NCBI RefSeq assembly: GCF_000018105.1
Contig: NC_009925.1
Location: 780,001 to 812,000 of the forward strand
Length of the DNA: 32,000 nt
Source: Acaryochloris marina MBIC11017
GTDB lineage: Bacteria > Cyanobacteriota > Cyanobacteriia > Thermosynechococcales > Thermosynechococcaceae
Direction of reading: 5' to 3'
The stretch's first letter is position 1, and every line of letters begins with the position of its first letter. Of this stretch, positions 1 through 9,900 are shown piece by piece. The notes under the pieces were generated by a model, which ran no database searches, was not told the DNA's origin, and was given only the letters and a program-made list of their open reading frames with translations. The position numbers were made by a program, and so were the translations under genes.

Positions 1-803
1 GGCTGAAAGTTCATAAACTCAATTTTAACAATGGATTTCGCACCCTTGAATCCATATTTCCACGGCGTAACCATGCGGATCGGTGCCCCATGCTGTTTCG
101 GCAAGAGATGGCCATAAATCCCCACCGCAAAAAACGCTAAGTCATGGGCCATTTCATCAATTCGCAAGCTTTCTGTGTAGGGCCAGGGCAAACCGCTGGA
201 ATCCGTAAACCCGCCGGGGCCAGGGGTGACCTGGGGATCGTAGTAAGAGGTAAAGCGCACAAACTTGGCATTGGATTTGGGTTCGACGTCTTGCAGTAGC
301 GATCGCATCGGGAATCCCAACCACGGCACCACCATGGCCCAAGCTTCTACACATCTAAATCGGTAGATCCGTTCCTCTAGGGGGAATTTCTGGGTTAAAT
401 CATCCAAATCATAGGTCTGAGGCCGATTTACCAGCCCCGTCACCTCCAACTTCCAAGGATCCGTCGGCAGCGCTTGAGCCGCTTGCCAAATATCTTTTGT
501 CCCGCCAAATTCATAGAAATTGTTATAGCGACTCGTTTTCGCCTCTGGCGTCACCGTCAATCCCTGTCCAGAATAGATGGGAGACCGTTTGACATTAGGA
601 AGCTGGCCTTGAGGTAACGTTGCCTGGAGGTCCGGCTCAATCTCGCTATCTGACCGAGAACAACTAATGCTGGGAAAGACGGTTGCACCAATGCCAAAGC
701 CAATCATATTTTTTAGAAATCGTCGCCGATGCCAATAAGCCGTTTCTGAAGTGATCGGCTGCGATTCGATCTGCCAAGGCTTAGGAATGCGAATAAGAAC
801 CAT
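1..803 (-). CDS. msrP: Protein-methionine-sulfoxide reductase catalytic subunit MsrP (YedY-type molybdopterin oxidoreductase); N-terminal part only, gene runs off the left edge
   Basis: Absent from the supplied ORF track because it is open at the window edge. My minus-strand translation from the ATG (complement of 801-803) reads MVLIRIPKPWQIESQPITSETAYWHRRRFLKNMIGFGIGATVF (twin-arginine RRRFLK signal). It continues ...SRYNNFYEFGGTKDIW...DPWKLEVTGLVNRPQTYDLDDL...PLEERIYRFRCVEAWAMVVPWLGFP...HGAPIRMVTPWKYGFKGAKSIVKIEF. These blocks match the conserved YedY/MsrP core as I remember it from E. coli MsrP. Confidence 0.85.
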   Translation of the reverse strand, partial: MVLIRIPKPWQIESQPITSETAYWHRRRFLKNMIGFGIGATVFPSISCSRSDSEIEPDLQATLPQGQLPNVKRSPIYSGQGLTVTPEAKTSRYNNFYEFGGTKDIWQAAQALPTDPWKLEVTGLVNRPQTYDLDDLTQKFPLEERIYRFRCVEAWAMVVPWLGFPMRSLLQDVEPKSNAKFVRFTSYYDPQVTPGPGGFTDSSGLPWPYTESLRIDEMAHDLAFFAVGIYGHLLPKQHGAPIRMVTPWKYGFKGAKSIVKIEFMNFQ

Positions 804-1060
804 GAAGTGAACCTGATAGCGGGATATCTGTATCTTTCCCGTTCGCTGCAGTACTTCAACTACCAACGGGCATCAACCCCGGACCTCTAGCTTAGCGAAG
901 TCAGAGAGCCTGGCGAATCTCCACCATAATCGCTATGCTCTTGCCAGCACGAATCAGGCAGTTTTTAATTGAAAAGATGCCCTGAGCATTCGTTTCATCC
1001 AATGGTTCCGAAGATCATCCATAGTCTTCAAGTGTCCAGCCACTCTAGTCTTTGAGCAAC

Positions 1061-1987
1061 ATGACTGATTCAACCCCCGAACCTCAAATCGTCAATATCA
1101 GAGATCGACAGCAGCAGCTCATTCGCCAGCGCAAACAAAAATTTCGGCGCGGTGCTTGGCGGACATTGATCATCTTAGGCATGACGGTAGGATTGGGATG
1201 GGCAGTCTGCCAACCCGAATGGCAAATTCAACAATCGAATCAAGTCACCCTAACGGGGAATGAAGCCATCGACAGCCAGACCCTGGAACACCTGATGGTG
1301 CTACAGTTTCCGACTTCTCTGATTCGCTTTCAGCCTCAAACCTTGATTGCTCAGTTGAAAAACAACGCCCATGTTAACCATGTGATTGTGACGCGGAAGC
1401 TGTTTCCTCCTAGGGTAAATGTGGTCGTGCGAGAATTACCCCCGGTGGCCATGACGGAATGTAAAGGATGCACCCTCGTCCTAAAGCCCGGTCAAGCTGA
1501 TTCCACCACCTTGGGGCCGGCCAATGTTTGGTTATTAGATCAGCGGGGCGTCGTTCTACCCGCTGATAGTTATCCCAAACTGGAAAAAGCCCATCAACTT
1601 CCCAAACTCACCTTAAAAGGCTATTTACAACCTGAAGCCAATGAGGACACTTCAGACAATCCCCCTGTCGATTCAGCGACGCAACTTGTTTCAATTGACC
1701 GTCAAAAACAACAACAATGGCAGCAGATGTATGCCTCAATGGAGACGAGTCCCGTTCAGATTAAACATCTCAATTGGGAAAACCCGAATAAACTGATGCT
1801 GACCACCAAATTGGGCCAGATTCATATTGGTCCATTTAGTGACAATTTTGATCGGCAACTTCAAGCCTTAGATGAAATGCGAACATTGCCTAAATCTGTC
1901 GATCCGAAGCAGATTGTTTATATTGACATCCAAAATCCTGAAAGTCCCGTTCTAGAATTGCGGAAACCATCCCCACCTAGTTCTTAA
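1061..1987 (+). CDS. ftsQ: Cell division protein FtsQ (cyanobacterial divisome, POTRA-type)
   Basis: Track ORF 1052..1987, with a TTG at 1052 and the first ATG at 1061. It has a basic N-terminus (RQRKQKFRRGAWR) followed by one TM helix (TLIILGMTVGLGWAV) and a periplasmic domain. It sits directly upstream of ftsZ in the conserved ftsQ-ftsZ arrangement. The start codon is uncertain. Confidence 0.8.
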   Translation: MTDSTPEPQIVNIRDRQQQLIRQRKQKFRRGAWRTLIILGMTVGLGWAVCQPEWQIQQSNQVTLTGNEAIDSQTLEHLMVLQFPTSLIRFQPQTLIAQLKNNAHVNHVIVTRKLFPPRVNVVVRELPPVAMTECKGCTLVLKPGQADSTTLGPANVWLLDQRGVVLPADSYPKLEKAHQLPKLTLKGYLQPEANEDTSDNPPVDSATQLVSIDRQKQQQWQQMYASMETSPVQIKHLNWENPNKLMLTTKLGQIHIGPFSDNFDRQLQALDEMRTLPKSVDPKQIVYIDIQNPESPVLELRKPSPPSS

Positions 1988-2153
1988 CCTTAAGAAAAAC
2001 TTCTGTTTTTCAAAAACCCAGTGAAATAGGTTTTTACCCGTCAGAATCAATAGGTTTACAGCCAATACCGCCCAATTGGTTTTTGGAGGAACTTGTCCTA
2101 TAGTTGAGTAACGAAGATCGCCCATCCTTTTTTGCTGTTCATAACTAGTCAAA

Positions 2154-3467
2154 ATGACGCCTGCAGATCAAACCTTTACAGATTCCCTATTCACGAATGA
2201 AAATGATGACCGCCTCAATGGTGGGCCTGTGGATCAATTAGGGGGAACGGGGGAAAGTTCTGACGCAGGGTCTCAGGATAGTTTAGAGAATATTTTTGAC
2301 TTTGAAGATAGCGCTCCCCCCTCTGCACCCCGTAAGGATGTGAGTATGGAAGACGACAATATTGTTCGACATGGTGCAGCCACCATTAAAGTGATTGGGG
2401 TTGGCGGCGGTGGCGGGAATGCCGTTAATCGAATGATCGCCAGTAACGTCTCAGGGGTAGAATTCTGGTCGATTAATACAGATGCCCAATCCTTAACTCA
2501 ATCCTCTGCAGCAAAGCGTCTTCAGGTCGGCCAAAAGCTCACCCGTGGTCTCGGGGCAGGCGGCAACCCTGCCATTGGCCAAAAAGCAGCAGAAGAATCT
2601 CGCGATGATATTGCTGCAGCCCTAGCCGGTTCTGATCTAGTCTTTATTACTTGCGGCATGGGAGGGGGTACTGGAACCGGTGCAGCTCCGATTATTGCTG
2701 AAATTGCCAAAGAAATGGGGGCCCTCACGGTTGGTGTGGTCACCCGTCCCTTTACGTTTGAAGGACGTCGCCGCAGTCACCAAGCCGAGGAAGGCATTGC
2801 TGCCTTGCAAACTCGGGTGGATACGCTCATTATGATCCCCAACGATAAGATTCTGTCGGTGATCGCTGAACAAACCCCTGTGCAGGAAGCCTTTCAGACT
2901 GCAGATGATGTTCTTCGGCAAGGTGTACAGGGCATTTCCGATATTATTAATGTCCCCGGCTTGGTGAATGTGGACTTTGCAGACGTCAAAGCGATTATGG
3001 CCGATGCAGGCTCAGCCATGATGGGCATTGGTGTGGGATCGGGTAAATCTCGGGCGAAAGAAGCTGCGATCGCAGCCATTGATTCTCCCCTATTAGATGC
3101 CTCAATTCGAGGAGCGAAAGGAGTGGTCTTTAATATCACTGGTGGCCATGATTTATCGCTCCATGAGGTGAATACCGCAGCCGAAACCATCTACGAAGTC
3201 GTCGATGCCAGTGCCAATATTATCTTCGGTGCTGTCATTGATGAGTCCCTTCAAGGTGAGATCAAAATGACCGTGATTGCCACGGGTTTTTCCAGCGATG
3301 CCGGGACTCCACCTCGTAAATCAGAAGCAAAACCCAAAGCAAAAGCCGCCACGCCCACCCAACAGCAAAAAGCAGCCCCCAAAACCGTCACTCAGCGGCC
3401 TCCCACTCGAGGGGGAAATCTCGATATCCCCGATTTCCTACAAAAGCGTCGTCCAGGTCGTTCCTAA
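2154..3467 (+). CDS. ftsZ: Cell division GTPase FtsZ
   Basis: Carries the tubulin signature [10 protein letters not shown] (in [21 protein letters not shown]), plus [17 protein letters not shown] and NTDAQSL. The roughly 75-aa acidic N-terminal extension and Pro/Lys-rich C-terminal linker ending [10 protein letters not shown] are typical of cyanobacterial FtsZ. Confidence 0.97.
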   Translation: MTPADQTFTDSLFTNENDDRLNGGPVDQLGGTGESSDAGSQDSLENIFDFEDSAPPSAPRKDVSMEDDNIVRHGAATIKVIGVGGGGGNAVNRMIASNVSGVEFWSINTDAQSLTQSSAAKRLQVGQKLTRGLGAGGNPAIGQKAAEESRDDIAAALAGSDLVFITCGMGGGTGTGAAPIIAEIAKEMGALTVGVVTRPFTFEGRRRSHQAEEGIAALQTRVDTLIMIPNDKILSVIAEQTPVQEAFQTADDVLRQGVQGISDIINVPGLVNVDFADVKAIMADAGSAMMGIGVGSGKSRAKEAAIAAIDSPLLDASIRGAKGVVFNITGGHDLSLHEVNTAAETIYEVVDASANIIFGAVIDESLQGEIKMTVIATGFSSDAGTPPRKSEAKPKAKAATPTQQQKAAPKTVTQRPPTRGGNLDIPDFLQKRRPGRS

Positions 3468-3579
3468 GCTTTTTTACCTAGTACTTGAGGGATATTAGGA
3501 TCCCTCGGAGGAATTTAATTAAAACTCACAATTTTCAACCGTACTAAGGGCAATTCTGGATGCTAAGATTGCCTAGAAT

Positions 3580-4593
3580 GTGTTTTGGGGACTCGTAGTG
3601 ATCCGTCCTGCAACTCTAACTCTGCAACCTCCTCTGCCTCTGGTTGCTGAGAATAATCGGCTGAAAATCTTCTCCGGTTCTGCCAATGTTTCCCTGGCCC
3701 AAGAAGTGGCTCGCTACCTAGGCGTTGATCTGGGCCCCATGGTTCGCAAGCGCTTTGCTGATGGCGAACTGTATGTCCAAATTCAAGAATCAATTCGGGG
3801 TTGTGATGTCTATTTGATCCAACCCACCTGCCACCCCGTCAATGACAATTTGATGGAATTGCTGATTATTATTGATGCCTGTCGACGGGCTTCTGCCAGG
3901 CAAATCACGGCAGTGCTGCCTTACTACGGATATTCAAGGGCCGATCGGAAGACAGCCGGTCGAGAATCCATTACGGCCAAGTTGGTCGCCAACTTAATTA
4001 CCCAAGCAGGAGCCAGTCGCGTTCTAGCGATGGATTTACACTCCGCTCAGATTCAAGGCTATTTTGATATTCCGGTGGATCATGTTTATGGGTCTCCTGT
4101 ACTCTTGGAGTACTTGGCCCGCAAAAAATTGCCTGACCTAGTGGTTGTTTCCCCTGATGTGGGGGGCGTAGCTAGAGCCCGTGCCTTCGCTAAGAAACTA
4201 GATGATGCCCCATTAGCCATTATTGATAAACGCCGCCAAGCCCATAATGTCGCCGAAGTGATGAACGTGGTTGGTGATGTCAAAGGGAAAACGGCTGTAT
4301 TAGTGGATGACATGATTGACACGGCAGGCACTATCTCTGCTGGAGCCAAACTACTACGAGAAGAAGGGGCTCGCCAGGTTTATGCTTGTGCAACCCATGC
4401 CATTTTCTCCCCCCCTGCCGTTGAGCGCTTATCTGTAACGGGGCTGTTTGAAGAGGTATTGGTGACTAATACCACCCCGATCCCCCCAGAGCGTCATTTC
4501 CCCCAACTGCGAGTCTTATCCGTGGCCAGTCTTCTAGGTGAGACCATCTGGCGAGTCCATGAGGACAGTTCTGTGAGCAGCATGTTCCGCTAG
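3580..4593 (+). CDS. prs: Ribose-phosphate pyrophosphokinase (PRPP synthetase)
   Basis: Motifs seen: LKIFSGSANVSLAQEVARYLG, RFADGELYVQIQESIRGCDVYLIQP, YYGYSRADRK and the PRPP-binding loop VLVDDMIDTAGT. A GTG at 3598 is an alternative start. Confidence 0.95.
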   Translation: MFWGLVVIRPATLTLQPPLPLVAENNRLKIFSGSANVSLAQEVARYLGVDLGPMVRKRFADGELYVQIQESIRGCDVYLIQPTCHPVNDNLMELLIIIDACRRASARQITAVLPYYGYSRADRKTAGRESITAKLVANLITQAGASRVLAMDLHSAQIQGYFDIPVDHVYGSPVLLEYLARKKLPDLVVVSPDVGGVARARAFAKKLDDAPLAIIDKRRQAHNVAEVMNVVGDVKGKTAVLVDDMIDTAGTISAGAKLLREEGARQVYACATHAIFSPPAVERLSVTGLFEEVLVTNTTPIPPERHFPQLRVLSVASLLGETIWRVHEDSSVSSMFR

Positions 4594-4619
4594 CCGCTAG
4601 ATTCGTTTGAATGTTTTGT

Positions 4620-5066
4620 TTAAGGCTCTTGGTAGAACCGATCCCGATGTTCTGGCAGGGGCCAATCTTCATTTTCGCCCCCGATCAATAGCTGCTTAAT
4701 TTCGATAAACTCTGTGTTGAATTGCTGCAAGGCATTGAGTAGGACATCTAGTGCGATCGCATCGCTAGTACCCAAATCAAACCAGCACCGTGCCCAGCAG
4801 CCTTCATACTCAATTTCCCCCATATTGTGCATCAGAGCCATCAGATTGCCATCTTTAGCTTCTACTTCATACTGGAGATAGCTCAATTCATAGCCAGCAT
4901 CTTGCACTTGCAAATTCTCGGCATTAAATCCCCCCAATTTCCCTAGAAAAAACCAGGAATCAAAGACTTCTTCTAAGTATTGTTTTTCTTGTTCCGACAA
5001 GACGGTTTCAAATTCTAGCCAAAGCCATAAATCAAAAGAATTAAATTCACAAAACTGAATGTTCAT
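4620..5066 (-). CDS. Conserved hypothetical protein (acidic, 148 aa; possibly the cyanobacteria/plant DUF3531 family, from memory and unverified)
   Basis: Clean 148-aa ORF, convergent with prs across a 26-nt gap. It contains a HIP1 site (4753-4760) and no competing ORF. No catalytic motif was recognised. Confidence 0.7.
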   Translation of the reverse strand: MNIQFCEFNSFDLWLWLEFETVLSEQEKQYLEEVFDSWFFLGKLGGFNAENLQVQDAGYELSYLQYEVEAKDGNLMALMHNMGEIEYEGCWARCWFDLGTSDAIALDVLLNALQQFNTEFIEIKQLLIGGENEDWPLPEHRDRFYQEP

Positions 5067-5229
5067 AGACTGAAAACAACACGACGAGCCAGAAGATTAA
5101 CAAGAGTCGCCTCTTTGTCCCCTAGGGTCAGCAAGTAACATCTTCCCGATTGGGCATGCTGATATAAAGGGGAATGGTACAACCCTCAAACCTGCTCCTG
5201 ATTGTAGTTGATTGCATTACGCTAAAAGA

Positions 5230-5898
5230 ATGCTTCGATTAAAACAACTCCTTTATCATCCAGCGGCAACTTCAACTGCAATTCTCAAGGCAGTCACTTT
5301 GGAACTCCCGCCTCAACAGCTGGGACTAGTGATTGGTCCAAGCGGTTCTGGGAAGAGTACCCTGCTAGAAATAGTGGCTGGCTTAGCGGCACCGACCTCC
5401 GGTGACCTCTATTGGCGTCAGCAAGAACTCAAACCCAATAATTTGCAGCAGCTAGCTGGTCTAGTCTTTCAATTCCCAGAACGGCATTTTTGCGGGGGCA
5501 CCATTCTGGAGGAATTACGCATTGGTCACCCCGAACTAGGATCAGAACAGGTCCATCAAGCCCTATCGGAAGTAGGGTTAGGGGACTTGTCCCTCTTTAC
5601 TTCTCCACAATCCTTGAGTGGTGGTCAACAGAGGCGTTTGGCTTTGGCAGTCCAGTTAATTCGTCAGCCTCATCTTCTACTTCTAGATGAGCCCACCGCA
5701 GGCCTCGATTGGTCTATGCGACAGCAGCTGGTGGCCCTGTTAGGAAAACTCAAACAGCATTGGAGTTTATTGATTGTTACCCATGATCCGGCAGAACTCG
5801 TCAGTATTGCCGATCGATGTTGGACTTTAAACCAGGGGCAACTGGCCACGGTCGATCCGGCTTCTTTACAAGCGAAGACCTCGGTGGCATCCCTATAG
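5230..5898 (+). CDS. ABC transporter ATP-binding protein (ECF/CbiO-like), with no adjacent permease gene
   Basis: Walker A GPSGSGKST, ABC signature LSGGQQRR, Walker B LLLLDEPT and H-loop VTHD. The track ORF starts at a TTG at 5212; the first ATG at 5230 (MLRLKQLLY) is the more likely start. Confidence 0.9.
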   Translation: MLRLKQLLYHPAATSTAILKAVTLELPPQQLGLVIGPSGSGKSTLLEIVAGLAAPTSGDLYWRQQELKPNNLQQLAGLVFQFPERHFCGGTILEELRIGHPELGSEQVHQALSEVGLGDLSLFTSPQSLSGGQQRRLALAVQLIRQPHLLLLDEPTAGLDWSMRQQLVALLGKLKQHWSLLIVTHDPAELVSIADRCWTLNQGQLATVDPASLQAKTSVASL

Positions 5899-6007
5899 AA
5901 TTTTTATGGGTCAGAGCTTAATCTGTTCACAACCCCGAATTTACCTGTGCTTTAGCACTATCTCTTAGTCTGTAGTCAGATCACTACACCTCATTCATTG
6001 CTAATAG

Positions 6008-6646
6008 ATGCTGCAAACTCAGGTATCCGTGTCGCCAGCTCCAACCGATTGGCGTCAAGTCTTTGAAGAAGCTTATCAGGGACGACATACATATGACTTC
6101 AAAAGTGGAAGCACTATACCCATGGGACCGCAGGACCTATGGATTGTTTGTCGAGGAATTGTGCAATTAGGGACCTTGTTCGCATCTGGTGATGAAGCTG
6201 TTTTAGGTTTTGTCTACCCAGCAATGCCCTTTGGTTTGCCCTTAACACAGCTGAATCCCTACGAAGCGTTCGCCCTGACTGATGTTGTTCTAATGCGTCT
6301 CAATCAGGTGGAGCTAGAAAGTTCCCCATTATTAGCCCAGGGTGTTCTCCAGCAATTGAGTCGGCGATTGCAGCAAACCGAGGCCATCTTAGCGATGATC
6401 AGCCAACGACGGGTATACGATCGCTTAGTGCAGCTGTTATTGATGCTGAAACAGGAAGTAGGACATGTAACGCCGGATGGTGTGCGTTTAGAGGTGCGCT
6501 TGACCCATCAACAGCTCGCTAACCTGCTAGGCACAACACGAGTGACGATTACCCGATTGTTAGGACTGTTGCGTCAAGAGGGATGGCTAACCATTGATCG
6601 AACTCGGCACTTTGTCATTGCTGATGCCCCCTCTGAAAGCCTGTAG
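6008..6646 (+). CDS. Crp/Fnr-family transcriptional regulator
   Basis: An N-terminal cNMP-binding-like beta-roll region is followed by the C-terminal HTH LTHQQLANLLGTTRVTITRLLGLLRQEGWL. The size (212 aa) is typical. The last roughly 85 nt belong to the left copy of the island-flanking repeat. Confidence 0.85.
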   Translation: MLQTQVSVSPAPTDWRQVFEEAYQGRHTYDFKSGSTIPMGPQDLWIVCRGIVQLGTLFASGDEAVLGFVYPAMPFGLPLTQLNPYEAFALTDVVLMRLNQVELESSPLLAQGVLQQLSRRLQQTEAILAMISQRRVYDRLVQLLLMLKQEVGHVTPDGVRLEVRLTHQQLANLLGTTRVTITRLLGLLRQEGWLTIDRTRHFVIADAPSESL

Positions 6647-6883
6647 GTAGCCGCCCATCCCAATCTTTGCTGGATGGCTTCTGATCCAGACGCGTTGCTT
6701 GTTCCAAAGCCCCTTTCTCTTTGGCTCGTTGGTCATAGGGGTGGAGCTGTTCAAGTATCTATCCTGTCAATAAGCACAAATTATCGAGGGTCACTCCCCA
6801 CATCAGCATATCGATGCACCAGGTTTGTTGGGCCTGTTCCAGACAAGGGGGGTGACCTACTAAGGTGGACATCTCTTCCGTCC
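6560..6883. repeat. Left copy of a ~320-bp diverged direct repeat (crp 3' end, short spacer, 3' end of the TetR-family gene)
   Basis: By-eye alignment with 20342-20657. The crp-derived part is about 70-75% identical. The tetR-derived part is about 89% identical (about 26 differences in about 235 nt). The repeat is also visible in the ORF track: antisense ORFs 6674..6898 (MASDPDALLVPKPLSLWLVGHRGGAV) and 20448..20726 (MASDLDALLVLKPLFLWLVGHRGGAV) begin almost identically. Confidence 0.85.
6650..6883 (-). pseudogene. Decayed 3' fragment (~75 codons) of a paralogue/orthologue of the TetR-recombinase-like gene at 20434..21645
   Basis: The minus-strand translation is TEEMSTLVGHPPCLEQAQQTWCIDMLMWGVTLDNLCLLTG*ILEQLHPYDQRAKEKGALEQATRLDQKPSSKDW. 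The intact gene reads TEGMTTLAGHPPHLEQAQQTWCIDMLMRGVTLDNLSLLTGWTLEQLHPYDQRAKEKAALEQATRLDQKPSSKD*. The fragment has an in-frame TAG where the intact gene has TGG, its natural stop is mutated to TGG, and it has no 5' part. Confidence 0.75.
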
Positions 6884-6961
6884 CATCTCATTGTATGAAA
6901 GGCGATAGGAGCTTATATTCGAGAGAGAATATCAGTGCCTGCTTGAATAGGGAAGCTTGTA

Positions 6962-9900
6962 ATGAGAACTCATCAATACGTTCATAAGAAACGAGCCGCC
7001 CAGTCTTCCTATAACCCTGTTCCTCGATCTTCTAAAGTTCAGTCTTCAGTGCAGCCTCCGGCAATTCAAGCCAAGTCGAATGAAGAGGGTTTAGCTGAAC
7101 ATGCTGAGCGGTTGAGAAAGTTCCAGCGGCTGGGTACTTCAATGATACAAATGGGTCCACCCAGACTCGGGAATGATGAGTCCAGTCCATTACACCCAAA
7201 ACCCTGGCTTCAACGGAAATTGACGCTTGGGCAGCCAGGAGATAAGTATGAACGAGAGGCAGATCGGATTGCATCTCAAGTAGTGCAAACCATAAATCCC
7301 CCTGCTTCAAAAGAAAACATTATTAGGCAGTCGATTCAGCGCGAGAACGACTTAGAAGGGGTAATGTCCGCGAAAGGCTTTCAAGCTGCTATCCAGCGAA
7401 AGCAAGCAATAGCAGGTGGAGAAGCATCATCGGATTTAGAGTCTGCTATCAATAAAGCGAGAGGGAGTGGACAACCATTGAATGCAGGGTTGCAACAGTC
7501 AATGGGTCAGGCGATGCGTGCAGATTTTAGTGGGGTAAGAGTACATACAGATACTCAGTCAGACCAGTTAAATCAATCGATTCAGGCTCAGGCATTTACG
7601 ACGGGGCAAGATGTTTTTTTTCGACAAGGGGCATATCAGCCTGAAAATCAAGCAGGGCAGGAGTTGATTGCCCATGAGTTGACCCATGTCATTCAGCAGA
7701 ATTCTGGAGCGGTGAGAAGGCAACGTCAGTTTAGAAAAAATGATGAACTGCTGCATGGTCAATTTGAGGCAAACGTTAAACCAATGCAGCTTCAACCCAA
7801 TGGTCAATCTACTGATCTCCAAAAGGTTACGCCTGAGCAGAGGAAAGGTCGCCTGGAAGACTTAAACAACATCGATCTGTCAGATGTACAAGTCCTACAG
7901 CAAAGGCAAGGGCGAATAAACCCCATAATGCAGACCCATTACCCTGCGGCAGAGGGAGAGGCCAAATTTATAGAGGCAAAAACAGACCTTATTCAAGGAT
8001 TTACCCCTTCTGATCGGCCCTTCTTAAAAACTAGCCCTGATATGGTGCAGATGGACCGTAAAGAAAAAGTCGATCTTCTCAACCTGACAGTCGGAGAATT
8101 CGAAACCCATCGGAAGGCTGAGCAGATGGACTGGGCCAACGTGAAGAAATTTACAAAAAAAGAACGCAACACCATCTGGCAAATTATCGACTGGCGGCTG
8201 AACGGCTTAGACCCATTCATACTCAAGGATGTCGTTGACAAAGGTAAAAATAGTATAAAAAACCTCCGTAATATGAAGGCCTATTGTGACGGACTCAATG
8301 GCGAACTTAATGGGCAGAAAACCGTTCGACTGGCACCACAGACTACATTGGAAAAAGCCATCTACTACGGACACTGGCTTCAAAAAATTCATGGTCTCCT
8401 TGGGAAACGAACCGAGCTTGTTGTACCGACGAATGTATTCACTCAGTTAGTTGACACTGATTCTGGCAAAGTTGCTGAGGCTTTCATCAAGTACTTCAAT
8501 GAGATGAATCCCAACCTACAAACCCCTTCGGGCAAAGAAATTACATCTTTCATCAAACTTATGCATGAAGAAAAAGCCAAGATCGGGGATTACAAGAACG
8601 TTCTAAAAGACATTCGAAACTTTCATAAGTTTCCCAAGGAATCGCTTGATAAGCTAAAGGCTGATCTGTCCGTAAAGGACAAACCACTAACTCTTATTTT
8701 GCATTCTCTTTACGATCATAATGGCGCTTTTATTCGCCATGAGCATGTTAACAAGGTCATCAAAAACGACAAAATTAAGGTTTATCTCATTGAGGGTCAT
8801 GCTATAGAGAAGGTAAAATCTCTCATCCGTGGTGGATTCCAAGAACTAGCGAAGAAGTATGGCCTTGACGGCAAAATCACTCAGGTTATGGCCGTTGGTC
8901 ACGGTGAATCTACCGAGATTGAATTCGCTGGTGGCGGTACAGAAGTTACTGAAGACGGGGGCAAGACGTCGATCGATCAGAAAGATGTAGTTCCGATAGA
9001 ATTAGAAGGAACAAACGCGCGTGTCTTTGCCCTGTTCTTTGAACAAATTTTCGCCAACATGGAAGAGAAGAAGGGGCTGAAGCCCAAGGTGTTGTTGCGT
9101 GCTTGCCTAAGTGCATCGAATGAGGTTGACGAGAATAAGCTTAAGGAGTTGATGAAAAAAGAGAACATCCTTGATCTTGATGCGGTGGTTGATACAAAAA
9201 CTGCCGAAAATCAGGAAAAGATTCGAGAAGGCATTAGGAAGTACATTGAGAAGCATGGAAGTCTTGCCACAAAATTGGGCGACCAAGCCAAAGGGAGAGC
9301 GGAGGTTCTTGGAGCCCAGTCCTCAATTACATCAGTTGATACAGGTGCAATCAAAGAAGATACTGGCGAGTTGGATTTTATTACACTAGCTGATCCTCAT
9401 GTTGCTGGCCCAAAACTCACTTATGTTCGTCATGGTAAAGAGCCTTCTGGTGCCCTTAGAGCAGTTATTGAGAGCTGGGCAAACGATCCAGTTACTTGCT
9501 TCGCAGAAATGCAGGACCGCATTGATACGGTTCTAGTTAACAGTCATGCAGAGTTCATTATTAACCTTCTCTACCATACATTACTAACCCAGTATAAGAG
9601 TGACATCCTTACAGCAAACAAGTTCACTAAAACAGCCCATGTGCTTATGGGTGTCTTAGAAGGTAAAGATGGCTGCCGCTCTGCCAGACTGGCTGCGGAT
9701 GATATGAGTAAAAAGCACCGTGACGCTTTTTATCCGTTGCTTATTACACATATTACACAGTTTGGGAATGATGCTAGGCCAAAACTTGTGATCTACCAGG
9801 ACTGGATGCTTCATAATGACACTAAGCGCAATAACTTTATGGCGATGCTGGGGATACCCGGCTGTACAAGAACCATAGCCGACAAATACCTTGATTTCGC

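Noticed and set aside
2522-3190. Three antisense ORFs (2522..2743, 2637..2921, 2894..3190) inside ftsZ, and the +2-frame ORF 3277..3498
   Set aside because: They lie entirely within or overlap the unmistakable FtsZ reading frame. Their translations are low-complexity Pro/Ala/Ser/Arg strings, typical of antisense reading of GC-rich Gly/Ala codons.
3487-3506. Hairpin gagggat-attagg-atccctc after ftsZ, and the AT-only hairpin gaaaaac-ttct-gtttttc (1994-2011) after ftsQ, considered as intrinsic terminators
   Set aside because: The stems are short (7 bp). The first lacks a following U-tract and the second is almost pure A/T. This is too weak to call.
6674-6898. Plus-strand ORFs 6674..6898 and 20448..20726 with near-identical N-termini (MASDPDALLV... 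/ MASDLDALLV...)
   Set aside because: They are the antisense reading of the TetR-like gene's 3' end and of its dead copy. Their similarity only reflects the direct repeat. The sense strand gives a far better protein (recombinase box II pattern).
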